DNA of 64,000 bases from an uncultured delta proteobacterium (GTDB taxonomy: Bacteria; Desulfobacterota; Syntrophobacteria; Syntrophobacterales; Syntrophobacteraceae). Location of the stretch: contig CAWEHK010000052.1 in assembly GCA_963808625.1 (NCBI GenBank), positions 1-64,000 on the forward strand, written 5' to 3'. Shown one piece after another: positions 1 to 10,968 of the stretch (positions are counted from its first letter, which is position 1; every line of letters starts with the position of its first letter). The position numbers and the translations under genes are program-made. The notes beneath the pieces are model-generated. The model did not search any database. It saw only the letters and a program-made list of their open reading frames with translations, and was not told where the DNA came from.

Positions 1-606
1 ATCCGCAGGGCGGGACGCTGGCCAGCGGGAGTCGTGACAACACGGTGAAGCTCTGGGAGGCGACAAGCGGCAAGCTGCTCCGCACGCTCGAAGGGCACCA
101 GGAGCTCGGTCTATGAGCGTGGCGTTTGATCCGCAGGGCGGGACGCTGGCCAGCGGGAGTGCGTGACAACACGGTGAAGCTCTGGGAGGCGCGAAGCGGC
201 AAGCTGCTCCGCACGCTCGAAGGGCACGAGGACGTAGTCTGTAGCGTGGCGTTTGATCCGCAGGGCGGGATGCTGGCCAGCGGGAGTGATGACAACACGG
301 TGAAGCTCTGGGAGGCGCGAAGCGGCAAGCTGCTCCGCACGCTCGAAGGGCACCAGGACGCGGTCTTGAGCGTGGCGTTTGATCCGCAGGGCGGGACGCT
401 GGCCAGCGGGAGTCGATGACCAGACGGTGAAGCTCTGGGAGGCGCGAAGCGGCAAGCTGCTCCGCACGCTCGAAGGGCACCGAAGCGGGTCTAGAGCGTG
501 GCGTTTGATCCGCAGGGCGGGACGCTGGCCAGCGGGAGTTCTGACAACACGGTGAAGCTCTGGGAGGCGCGAAGCGGCAAGCTGCTCCGCACGCTCGAAG
601 GGCACA
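1..606 (+). repeat. Tandem ~126-bp near-identical WD40-coding repeats (5 units visible)
   Basis: The marker gatccgcagggcggg recurs at ~1, 128, 255, 381 and 507. Confidence 0.95.
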
Positions 607-3039
607 CCGGCGCTGTCGATATCGTCGCCTTCTCCCCGGACGGGCGTCTGCTGGCCTCGAAGAGCGACGATCGACACGATCCGCCTGTGGAGCTGCGAGA
701 CGTGGGAGACGGTCGCGGTCATCCCGGAGCCAACACTGCACGGACTGGTGGATTCCCGCGCTCGCCTTTCATCCCACGCTGCCGCTGTTGGCCACCGCCG
801 GCTCGGAGCCAGGCACGCCGGACGACGAGCGATCCCGGCTGATCCACCTCTGGGAACTGGACTTCGACGTGCTGCTGGGCAAGCGCGCCGGGGTGGCGGC
901 GGCCGCGCGCGCGGTCCATCACACGACGGGTAAGATCGTGCTGGTGGGCGATCACAGCGTGGGCAAATCGGCGCTGGGCTATCGCCTGATCCACGGCGCG
1001 TTCAAGGAGCAGGCTTCGACGCACGGGCAGCAGTTCTGGGTGTTTCCCGCCTTGGGCCAGCGCCGCGCGGACGGGACGGACTGCGAGGCGATCCTCTGGG
1101 ACTTCGCGGGCCAGCCCGACTACCGGCTGGTCCACGCGCTGTTCGTGGATAACGCCGACCTGGCGCTGGTGTTGTTCGATGCCTCGGACCTCCGCGACCC
1201 GCTGCACGGCGTGGACTTCTGGCTGAAGCAACTCCAAACGGCGGCAAAGTCGCTGCCCCATCATCCTCGTGGCCGCTCAGACGGATCGCGGGAGCTGTAC
1301 GCTGACGCCGGAGGAGCTGAACGCGTTCTGCCGCAGGCACGGCATCGTGGGTCCGATCGCGACGAGCGCCTTGACGGGCCTGGGCATTGCGGAACTGGTC
1401 GAGCGCATGAAGTCCCTGATCCCCTGGGAGGACAAGCCCGCGACGGTCACGACCACGACCTTCAAGCGGATCAAGGACTACGTCCTCGGCCTCAAGGAAG
1501 CGGAAGCGGACGGCCAGACCATCGTCACGCCCGGGGAACTCCGCGGCCGTTTGGAGGCCACCGATGCCGACTGGCGTTTCACCGACGCCGAGATGCTGAC
1601 CGCCGTGGGCCACCTGGAAAACTACGGCTATGTGAAACGCCTGCGGACCTCCAACGGCGAGCAGCGCGTCCTGCTCCAACCGGAACGGCTCAACAACCTG
1701 GCGTCGTCGTTCGTGCTGGAGGCGCGGCGGAATCCGAAGGGGCTGGGGGCGCTGGAGGAGAAACGGCTGCTGGCCGGCGACTACGGCTTTCCGGAGCTGA
1801 CGGACTTGCACGAGGGCGAGCGCGACGTGCTCCTGGACTCGGCGGCCTTGCTGTTCCTGGAGCATAACGTCTGTTTCCGCGAGACCGACCCGCTGCGCAT
1901 GGAGCCGTATCTGGTCTTCCCGGAGCTGATCAATCTGAAGAAGCCGCCGGAGGAGGAGCAGGCGACCGAGGATGGCGTGGCCTATACGGTGAGCGGTCCG
2001 ACGGAGAACGTGTTTGCCTCGCTGGTGGTGCTGCTGGGCTATACGCACACCTTCACGCGCACCAGCCAATGGCAGAACAACGCCCGCTACGAGGTGGGCG
2101 ACGGCCTGGTGTGCGGATTCCGGCAGGAGGCCGAACGCGACGGCGAACTGGACTTCGTGCTTTGCTTCCGTCCCGATGTCGGCCCGCCGGTGCGGACGCT
2201 GTTCCAAGGGCTGTTCGAGAGCTTCCTGGCCCGGCGGAACCTGACGGTGATGCGCTACGAGCCGGTGCGTTGCAGCAATGCGGCGTGCGGCCACTTGCTG
2301 GACCGATCGGTCGTGCGCCAGCGGATGAAGGAGGGAAAGACGTTCGCCTTCTGCAACGAGTGCGGCGAGAAGCTGACGTTGCCGAAGATGGCGGAACCGA
2401 TCCAGTTGACGCGGGAAGTCGCAGGCCGAGGTCGAGATCGCAACGCCGCGCCGCCGAACAGCGGACGCGTTTCGAGCAGGCCGTCTTCCGGGTGCAAGCC
2501 TACGTGGCCGAGCAGAAGATCACGCCGCCGGAGTGCTTCATCAGCTATGCCTGGGGCGTGCCGGAGCACGAACGCTGGGTCGAGAAACGGCTGGCGACGG
2601 ACTTGCAGAAGGCGGGGATCGAGCGTGGTGTTGGACCGGTGGCACAACGCGCAGATCGGCGCGAGCGTGGCGCGGTTCGTCGAGCGGATCGAGAAGAGCG
2701 ACCGGATCGTCATGGTCGGCACACCGCTCTACCGCCGGAAGTACGAGAACAAGGACACCAGTACCGGCTACGTCGTGGCGGCAGAGGTCGATCTGATCGC
2801 CAACCGTCTTCTCGGCACCGAAACGCAGAAGGAAAGCGTGCTCCCACTGCTGCTGGACGGTGAGCAAAACGGCTTCGCTGCCACCGCTGCTGCACGGCCG
2901 CGTGTACGCCGATTTCCGCGACGAATCCGCGTACTTCACAACCGCCTTCGATCTCATCCTGAGCCTTTATCAGCTCCCGCCGAATCATCCCGCCGTGGCC
3001 GACCTGCGCGAGTCGCTGCGCCAGCCGGAGATGAGGTAG
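1..3039 (+). CDS. WD40-repeat / Roc GTPase / COR / Zn-ribbon / TIR-SEFIR-like protein; 5' end outside window, several frameshifts
   Basis: Joining frames gives WD40 units ([28 protein letters not shown]), a Roc P-loop [15 protein letters not shown] and G3 [10 protein letters not shown], a COR-like region, CSNAACG..CNECG, and a C-terminal CFISYAW...VVLDRW...[12 protein letters not shown]...AAEVDLI. Stop TAG at 3037-3039. Confidence 0.85.
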
Positions 3040-3082
3040 GGCGGAAACCCTTTGGGTATCGAGCCGCGCGGGCCTTGGGCCC

Positions 3083-3161
3083 GAGGTCAGTCCTGCAAAT
3101 AGCAGATGGCGAGCTGCCGATGTCCATTGTCCTGTCACTTTCCACTTGCAGGACCGACCCC
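3083..3161. repeat. Short element with 16-bp imperfect terminal inverted repeats (MITE/REPIN-like)
   Basis: GAGGTCAGTCCTGCAA ... TTGCAGGACCGACCCC, 2 mismatches. Confidence 0.6.
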
Positions 3162-3168
3162 TTTTTCG

Positions 3169-3310
3169 CTCGTTCCCAAGCTCCAGCTTGGGAACGCAGG
3201 TGCGGAAGCTCCAGCTTCCCGTGTCTCTTGAGTATCAGGTCGCATCCACATGTCCGACGAAGCTGGAGCTTCCAAGCAAGTGGGTTCCCAAGCCAGAGCT
3301 TGGGAACCAG
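3169..3310. repeat. REP-like palindrome doublet
   Basis: GTTCCCAAGCTCCAGCTTGGGAAC and GTTCCCAAGCCAGAGCTTGGGAAC at the ends, with inner AAGCTCCAGCTTC / GAAGCTGGAGCTT arms. Confidence 0.8.
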
Positions 3311-3543
3311 CTTTGAGGGGAATTGCCAGACACGCTCTAAGGTAAAGAGAGCACCCACGGATTGAGCTGAGCCAAAGATCACTGCTTACCAGGATATGCA
3401 TGGCATGTCTCTCTCCGCTGCTACAAGAGGGAGTCCCTGTGTCGATCGGGAGAGACCATCAGCGGTCTCTGCGATGGCTATATTTGAGGTTATCCCGAGA
3501 GCCATGTAACTCATTGCAGAAAGAACTTCTGAGGAACGCATTC

Positions 3544-3909
3544 ATGGGTCACTATTGTAGAATCTGCGGAAGAACCCGTCCAAACGAGAAGTTCTCCGGG
3601 AGGGGTCATCAGATCCATGTGTGTAAGGAATGTTCACAGATGCCGAAGGAAAAGCGGGAAAACATCGAGCAGGAAGACGAAATCTTCGGCTTTTTGAAGC
3701 AGTCTCATATCTCGGAAAAGAATGTCGCGCGACTCAAGACTCTTGCATCCTCCGAAAATCATAAAATTGGTGAACTTGCGACCATTGTTCTGGAAGTTGC
3801 TCAAGTCAAACCGCACAAGAAGAGACGCCTGAAGGTTTTGGCCAAGGAGAGACGAGACCTGCTGGAAAAACTCGAAGAAACAGGATTGATCCTGGCCCAT
3901 CATATCTGA
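3544..3909 (+). CDS. Hypothetical protein with N-terminal Zn-finger-like motif
   Basis: MGHYCRICG...HVCKEC; GAGG Shine-Dalgarno (SD) upstream of ATG 3544. Confidence 0.75.
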   Translation: MGHYCRICGRTRPNEKFSGRGHQIHVCKECSQMPKEKRENIEQEDEIFGFLKQSHISEKNVARLKTLASSENHKIGELATIVLEVAQVKPHKKRRLKVLAKERRDLLEKLEETGLILAHHI

Positions 3910-4014
3910 AAGCAGGCGTAGCATCGTCACGCAGATCGAGCGAAGACAACAGCCAGGCTAACGAGTTCCGATTGATGCGCCGACCAGGCACGGCTCATCC
4001 CTGACGTCAAGCAC

Positions 4015-4587
4015 ATGCAGAAAATTGTGACAGCGCAGTCTTTCCATTGCTTTCGCGAGACACCGTTCGGTCCGGTTGCGATCCTTTGGTCAGTCCATGG
4101 CGAGCAGCCGAAGATAGGGCGTGTCCTGCTCTCCAAGCCCGGACTTCCAGCCGGACAGACGGTCAAATCCTTATACTCCGATGCAATTTCTGCTTCGTGC
4201 AAAAAAGTCGATTTGGTTGCCGACCAGATCCTGGCATTCCTCACTGGAAGCGACATCCGCTTCTCCCTCGAGGTCGTCCGCCTCGATCTCTGTTCGGCTT
4301 TTCACCAGAAGGTCTTACGCGCAGAACATGGAATTCCTCGGGGGAGGGTAAGCACCTATCAGCGGATTGCCAGGTATCTTGGGAAGGCTCGGGGTGCCCG
4401 CGCCGTTGGTACAGCCCTTGCCCACAATCCTTTTCCAATCATAGTGCCCTGTCACCGAGCCATTCGGTCGGACGGAACCCTTGGTGGGTTCCAGGGTGGG
4501 GTTGAAATGAAGCGGGCCTTGCTGGAAATGGAAGGAGTCTTGTCTCCTGGTTCGGATCGTGTCGTTTACGGACAGATGTTCTACTGA
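4015..4587 (+). CDS. ogt: Methylated-DNA--protein-cysteine methyltransferase
   Basis: IPRGRVSTY, RAVGTAL, NPFPIIVPCHR active site, K..LL..E. Confidence 0.92.
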   Translation: MQKIVTAQSFHCFRETPFGPVAILWSVHGEQPKIGRVLLSKPGLPAGQTVKSLYSDAISASCKKVDLVADQILAFLTGSDIRFSLEVVRLDLCSAFHQKVLRAEHGIPRGRVSTYQRIARYLGKARGARAVGTALAHNPFPIIVPCHRAIRSDGTLGGFQGGVEMKRALLEMEGVLSPGSDRVVYGQMFY

Positions 4588-4865
4588 AAGACGAGAAGGC
4601 GTTCAGCCAATCGGTCCCGCCAATCGCCCCCAATAGCGGGCTCTCACAGAGGCTTCACAGCGCAGAACCGACGCCACACATAATGTTGGCAGCAAAATAC
4701 TGTTGTCTTTTATTGGAGGGTCTCTAAAAACCCTCAGCATGTGCCATTCTGCTGATTACCGCAAACCGCTTTAAGGCAGGCAAAAGTCCGGAATCGTCAT
4801 TCCCGCATGCTTCAATCGGCATCATGCCATTAAGGTATACTCATGAAGGTTTAAAAGCTTCATTT

Positions 4866-4939
4866 TCACGCGGAGACGCAGAGAACGCAGAGTCATATAC
4901 CAAGGGCTTTTCTCCGCGATCTCCGCGTCTCTGCGTGAG
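4866..4939. repeat. Intergenic palindrome built of 9-nt-like units (CGCAGAG/CACGAAG family)
   Basis: TCACGCGGAGACGCAGAGAACGCAGAG ... CTCCGCGATCTCCGCGTCTCTGCGTGA. Relatives at ~6311-6368, 10800-10872, 11981-12060, 27610-27692, 42638-42680, 44010-44230 and 55260-55302. Confidence 0.8.
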
Positions 4940-5223
4940 GCAAAATGGTAACTTCTCAAACTAAATCAGTACAAATACGAAAGCTCAAGGATCAAGCCAG
5001 CCCCCTCCGGACATATGGATGACCAGTAGAAATCGAAACCGAATGGTATCTTTCCTAAGAGGTCCGCCTGTGGTTGCGAGGCGGGCACCGGGCGGTAGAT
5101 CAGGGATAGTGGGGACGTTGAAAATCCATGCGGGAAATGTTACGAAACTATCAGTTTCATAGTTGGCAGGTAGGAATTCGGCGTCAGTCTCTGCCCGGGA
5201 AGAAAGGGATGGAGGACGATCCC

Positions 5224-6279
5224 ATGGGTAGCACCGATTATTTGACTCCATTTGTCGAGGTTGGGCGCGCCATGTGTGATGGGGCGGACAGCTACAGTGT
5301 GATGCACCTCATCGCCCGGCGCATCACCCAAACGCTTGGCCTCAAGGGCTGTTTTATCAAGCTCAAGCAGGAATCGGGTGACCGCCTCGAAATGCTTTCC
5401 AGCTACGGCTTGACGGAGCATTTCCTGTTCTCCGACCCCAAGAGCACTCCCCATGGCATGTGCTTTCGACTGCCCGACGCCCCGGTCTGTTTTCTGCGCC
5501 TCGAGGACGAGGAGACCACGGAGGAGGTTGAGGCGATGATGATCGAGGGCATCCGGGCGGGTGCCGTAGTTCCCATCGAGGTCGAGCGGGAGGTCATTGC
5601 CATGGCGGCGCTCTTTGCCCCGGCGCCCCGCGAGTTCACCAAGGCCGAATTGTCCTTTGCCCAAGCCCTGGCCGGCTGCGGCATCCTGGCCATCCTCAGC
5701 GATCGGCGCCTGCAGCGGAGCATCGAGCGCGAAAGCGAGTATCTCAAGAGCTTCCAGCAAATCAGCTACACCATCAACGCCACGCTCAACATCGGCCAGG
5801 TGCTCGATCTCGTCGTGACCAAGGTCACCCAGGTGCTGGGCGGGAAGGGTGCAACGGTGCGCCTGCTTGACCCGAAAACGCAGCACCTTTACCTGGCTCA
5901 ATCCCACGGTTTGAGCAAGGAATACCTCAACAAGGGGCCCGTGGACTCCCAGAAGAGCATCGCCGAAAACCTGGCGGGCCGCACCGTGGTCGTCGATGAT
6001 GTCTTTACCGATCCACGCCTCCAGTACCCCGCCGAGACCGCCGAAGAAGGCATTCGAAAGCTGCTCTCCATTCCGCTCTCGGTGCGCGGCAAGGTGATCG
6101 GGGTGTTGCGGGTCTACACGGGTGAGCGCAATCCGTTTACCGAGCGCGAGATCCATTTCGCCTCGGCGGTCGCTCAGCAGTGCGCCCTTGCCATCGAAAA
6201 CGCGCGGATCTACCAGCGGGTGAAGTATGAGTATCAGCAACTGCTGATCGAATTCGGGTACGACGGGAGCAGCCAGTAA
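5224..6279 (+). CDS. Tandem GAF-domain protein with no output domain
   Basis: Two GAF-like halves (LLSIPLSVRGKVIGVLRVY, AQQCALAIENARIY); GGAGGA SD before ATG 5224. Confidence 0.85.
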   Translation: MGSTDYLTPFVEVGRAMCDGADSYSVMHLIARRITQTLGLKGCFIKLKQESGDRLEMLSSYGLTEHFLFSDPKSTPHGMCFRLPDAPVCFLRLEDEETTEEVEAMMIEGIRAGAVVPIEVEREVIAMAALFAPAPREFTKAELSFAQALAGCGILAILSDRRLQRSIERESEYLKSFQQISYTINATLNIGQVLDLVVTKVTQVLGGKGATVRLLDPKTQHLYLAQSHGLSKEYLNKGPVDSQKSIAENLAGRTVVVDDVFTDPRLQYPAETAEEGIRKLLSIPLSVRGKVIGVLRVYTGERNPFTEREIHFASAVAQQCALAIENARIYQRVKYEYQQLLIEFGYDGSSQ

Positions 6280-6459
6280 GTGGGCGTCCAAAAATAAAAG
6301 GCCTTCTTTTACCACGAAGAACACGAAGAAGAAGTGATTTCTTCGTGCCCTTCGTGTTCTTCGTGGTTCAAAAAAGGGTTGAAATGGGTGCAAGTTATTT
6401 TTGGACAGTTTCTAACCCTCGCGAGATATGGGCTCCTCCGGAAGCCGCGGAAAGAGAAG

Positions 6460-7048
6460 ATGGAACGGATCCACATCCTGTCGCTTCAAAAAAATCGGCG
6501 ACGCGGATTTCATCCGCAAAGTGGAAGAAGCCAGCGGACAACAGGTCAGCAGGTGCTACCAGTGCGGCAACTGCAGTGCCAGTTGCGCCTACACTTACGT
6601 CTACGACTACCCGGTGAACCAGATCATGCGCCTCCTCCAGCTGGGGCAAAAGGAAATCATCCTCAAGGCCCGCTCGATCTGGCTTTGCGCCACGTGCCAG
6701 GCGTGCACCACCCGCTGCCCCTGTAACCTGGACGTGGCCCGGATCATGGAGAGTCTGCGTGTCATGTCGCGGCAGGAAGGCCTGGTCTCGCTTCCGGATA
6801 TCCAAACCTTCTACGATGAGTTTCTCCGGTCCGTCAGGGCCTTCGGCCGGGTTTTCGAGACGGGATTGCTGCCGCTATACAGCTTCCGGGTCATGAAACC
6901 TTTCACCGACCTCGACCTGGCGCCGCGGGTGCTGAAGAAGGGCAAGCTGGCCTTCCTGCCTCACCGCCTCGAAGGCCGCCGGGAAGTCGCGGAAATCTTC
7001 AGGCGCGTCGAAAGGCGCGAGGCCGCTGACAAAGCGGGAAGAGAATGA
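6460..7048 (+). CDS. hdrC: Heterodisulfide reductase subunit C-like (frameshift in an A-run near 6490)
   Basis: CYQCGNCSASC and WLCATCQACTTRCP. Confidence 0.9.
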
Positions 7049-7052
7049 GCTC

Positions 7053-8025
7053 ATGCCACACCTGGTGAAAAGCCACGAACAGCCTTCGGCAAAGGACCGC
7101 GGACCCGGGGCAGCGGGCAAACCAGGACGGAAGCGTGTGGCCTACTACCCGGGATGTTCCCTCGAAGGACTTGCCGTCGAATATGACCTCTCGACCCGGG
7201 CCGTGTGCGAGGCGCTTGGCATCGAACTGGTGGATATCCCCGACTGGAACTGCTGCGGCTCCACTCCCGCCCACTCCCGAGACCCGTATCTCTCAGCGGC
7301 GCTTGCCGGCCGCAATCTTGCCCTCGCGGCCGACCCTGGAGTGTGACCTCGTCATGACCCCCTGTCCGGGATGCTTGAAAGCCCTCAAGGGTGCTCTGGA
7401 AACGGTGCACCACCCGGAGATGGGTCCAACCCTGCGAGAAATCCTCGGCATGCCCTTTGACGGGCAGGTGCGGGCCATCTCCCTGCTGCAACTGCTGCTT
7501 GAAGACGTGGGCTGCGAAGCGCTGCAGCGAAGCATCCGGCGGCCCCTCGAGGGGCGGATCATCGTCCCCTACTATGGGTGCCTGCTGACCCGGCCCGCTG
7601 CCTTCGCCCAGTTCGATGATCCTGAAAACCCGACGAGCATGGATCGCTTGCTCGAGGCCGCAGGGGCAACGGTACCACCGTTTCCGTTTAAGACCGAATG
7701 CTGCGGTGCCACCTACGGCGTGACCCGCAATGACATTGTCGGCAAGCTCACCGGGCGGATTCTCGACATGGCCGTTCGCCTCGGGGCGCACGCCATCGCC
7801 GTGGCCTGTCCCCTGTGTCAGCAGAACCTGGATTTGCGGCAAAGTCAGGTGAACCGCTTCTGGAAACGCTCCTTCAACCTTCCCGTGGTCTATCTGCCGC
7901 AACTGCTGGGCCTGGCGCTGGGCCTCGAGGCGAAGGCCCTGGGCCTGGATCGGCTTTTTGTGAACGCCGACGGACTCGTGCCGGACCTGGTGGAAGGGGA
8001 AAAGGAAGCTGCCGGGGGGAAATGA
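7053..8025 (+). CDS. hdrB: Heterodisulfide reductase subunit B-like (frameshift near 7335)
   Basis: YYPGCSL, DWNCCG, TPCPGC, YYGCLL, ECCGA and ACPLCQ (CCG domains). Confidence 0.92.
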
Positions 8026-8181
8026 CGTGCGAGGTGCTGAGTGCTGGGTGCTGGGTGCTGGGTGCTGAGTGCTGAGAGAAGAAGGCTGTCGGTAGGAGCG
8101 GCTCTTAGCCGCGACCACTGCGGCCGAGCATCACTCCCGCAGCATGAGTCGGAACTTGGAAAGAGAACATAGGGAAAGACG

Positions 8182-10142
8182 ATGCGTCTTGGGGTCTTTG
8201 TCTGCCAGTGTGGAACCAACATTGCCGGCACCGTTGACACGGAAGCGGTGGCCCGGGAGGCCCTCGCCCTTCCCGATGTCGTCTACGCGACGAGCTACGT
8301 CTACACCTGTTCCGAACCGGGCCAGATCGAAATCCAGCGGGCCATCCGCGAGTACCATCTGCAAGGGGTGGTGGTCGCGGCATGCACCCCGCGCATGCAT
8401 GAACCGACCTTCCGGCGGGCCGTCGAAAAAGCGGGTCTGAACCGCTTTCTGTTCGAGATGGCCAACATTCGCGAACATGTCTCGTGGATCAGCCACGATC
8501 GCGAAGCCAACACCCGCAAGGCCCTGGAACTGGTGCGCATGGCTCTGGCCAAACTGCGCTTCAACCAACCCCTGTTCTCCACCAAAGTGCCCATCAACAA
8601 GCGGGTGCTGGTGATCGGCGGCGGTGTGGCCGGTATTCAGGCGGCCCTTGACTGTGCCGAGGGGGAGCTCGAGGTCGTCCTGGTCGAACGCCAGCCGACC
8701 ATTGGCGGCAAAATGGCCAAACTCGACAAAACCTTTCCCACCGTGGACTGCTCCTCCTGCATTCTGGGACCCAAGATGGTGGACACCGCCCAGAAGGAGA
8801 ACATCAAGCTCTACGCTGCCAGCGAGGTCGCCTCGGTGTCGGGGTATGTCGGCAACTTCAAGGTGGAAATCAGGAAGAAGGCCACTTATGTCAACTGGCA
8901 GGCCTGTACGGGCTGCGGCCAGTGCCTCGAGAAATGTCCCGCCCGGAAGGTCCCCGACAGCTTCAACGAAGGATTGGCTCAGAGCCGTGCCATCAACATC
9001 CCCTTCCCGCAGGCCATCCCCAAAAAGGCGACCATCAACCGGGCCTACTGCCTCCATTTTACGAAAGGGAAGTGCGGGGCCTGCAAAAAGATCTGCCCCG
9101 TCGGCGCCATTGACTATGAGATGCAGGATGAAGTGGTGACCGAGGAGGTCGGCGCGATCATCGTGGCCACGGGTTTTGATCTCTTCGATCACAGTCGCTA
9201 CGGGGAGTACGGCGGCGGTCGTTATCCGGACGTCATCTCCGGTCTCCAGTACGAACGCATCCTGAGCGCTTCGGGGCCGTTCGGCGGCCATATCCGAAGG
9301 CCGTCCGACGGGCGGGAGCCGAAGGACATCGTGTTTATCGCCTGTGTCGGTTCCCGCGATGCCTCGGTGGGACGCCCCTATTGCTCGGGAGTCTGCTGCA
9401 TGTGTCATCGCCAAGCAGGCCATCCTGACGCGGGACCATTTGCCGGAGTCAAACGCTTACGTGTTCTACATGGACATTCGCGCTCCCGGCGAAGAACTAC
9501 GACGAATTCGTGCGCAGGGCCCAGGAGGAATACGGCGTCCAGTACATCCGCGGCCGCGTCGGCATGATTTACCCCCGGGGAGACCGCCTGGTGGTCCAGG
9601 GGGCTGACACCCTGCTGGGGGTTCAGGTCGAGGTGGAGGCGGACCTGGTGGTGCTGGCGACCGGGATCGAGGCCGCCGCCGGCGCCAGGGAATTGGCTGA
9701 AAAATTGCGAATTTCCTACGACGAATACGGCTTTTTCATGGAGAGCCACCCGAAGCTGCGCCCGGTCGAGACCAATACCGCCGGCGTCTATCTCGCGGGG
9801 GTTTGCCAGGGTCCCAAGGACATCCCGGCGGCGGTCGCCCAGGGCAGTGCTGCCGCTTCCAAAGTGCAGGCGCTGTTTGTCAGGGATACCATCGAAACCA
9901 GCCCGCAGGTAGCCCTGGTGAGCGAGCGGGCCTGCATCGGCTGCGGCAAGTGCCTCGAGGTTTGTCCGTATGGGGCCATCGCCTGGAAAGAGCTGCGGGG
10001 CGGCATCAAAAAAGCGGATGTACTGCCCAGTGTCTGCCAGGGTTGCGGCTTGTGCAATGCGACCTGCCCGCCCAAAGCCATCCAGTTGCAGCACGCAACG
10101 GACGACCAGATTCTGGCCGAGGTGAATGAACTGTGCGGCTGA
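8182..10142 (+). CDS. hdrA: Heterodisulfide reductase subunit A-like (frameshifts ~9405-9490)
   Basis: VFVCQCGTNIAG, ACTPRMHE, MANIREH, GGGVAG FAD motif, LDKTFPTVDC, several 4Fe-4S motifs, GPKDIP. Confidence 0.95.
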
Positions 10143-10288
10143 CGGTGGTGCGGGATGGGGGGACGGGGAGACGCGGGAGAGACGGAGACACGGGGAGAAG
10201 GGAGACACGGGGAGAGGGAGACAGGGAGAAGCGGGGACGGGGGGATGGAGTGATGGGAAGAGGGGAGCGTTGATCGAGGAAGGAAGCA

Positions 10289-10816
10289 ATGGAGAACGTT
10301 AAAGCCGGTGTAGCAGCCACCGCGAACCAGGGCCTTCGCATTGTCGGCTTTCTGTGTAACTGGTGTTCTTACGGAGGTGCGGATACGGCGGGAGTCTGCC
10401 GTTTCAAACAGCCAACCGACCTGCGCATTATCCGGATTCCGTGCACCGGCCGCATGGACCCCTTATTCGTCGCCAAATCGCTCATCTACGGAGCCGATGG
10501 CGTGCTGGTTTCCGGCTGCCATCCCCGGGACTGTCACTATGCCGTAGGGAATTTTTACGCGCGGCGGCGGCTGGAAGTGCTCAAGCAATTTCTTCCTTTC
10601 ATGGGCATCGAGCCGCGCCGGTTTCGCTACACGTGGGTGTCGGCTTCTGAGGGTCAGCGCTGGCAGCAAGTGGTCACTGAATTCTCTGAGGAAATTCGAG
10701 AGCTCGGTCCCAATCCGGGAGTCCGTGGGGTGGGTGATGGGCAGGCGGCGGCGCGACTCGGACTTGCAGACCCTTCGCTTCGGCAAGCCTGGCAATCAGA
10801 CCGCAGAGTCCGCTGA
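10289..10816 (+). CDS. flxD: MvhD/FlxD-like [2Fe-2S] subunit
   Basis: FLCNWCSYGGAD, RIPCTGR, GADGVLVSGCHPRDCHY, WVSASEG. Confidence 0.9.
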   Translation: MENVKAGVAATANQGLRIVGFLCNWCSYGGADTAGVCRFKQPTDLRIIRIPCTGRMDPLFVAKSLIYGADGVLVSGCHPRDCHYAVGNFYARRRLEVLKQFLPFMGIEPRRFRYTWVSASEGQRWQQVVTEFSEEIRELGPNPGVRGVGDGQAAARLGLADPSLRQAWQSDRRVR

Positions 10817-10968
10817 GATCGCAGAGAAAGCCAATGATTCTCTCTGCGGACTCTGTCGCTGCTCGTGTGGTGGAAAAGTAAACATTTGAACCTTAAGGGG
10901 CTTGAAATGAGTGGCCCGCCAGCGCGGGGGCAAGGGCGGCAACGAGGGCGAAAGAACGGGAAGAAAGC

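Noticed and set aside
1..606. 126-bp repeats as a CRISPR array or DGR TR/VR pair
   Set aside because: They encode WD40 units, have no unique spacers, and the differences are not adenine-specific. No cas or RT genes are present.
7330..10816. Selenocysteine in HdrB, HdrA or FlxD/MvhD
   Set aside because: The usual positions are Cys codons (VDCSSC, CNWCSY, GCH..DCHY). The TGA at 7344-7346 results from a one-base indel.
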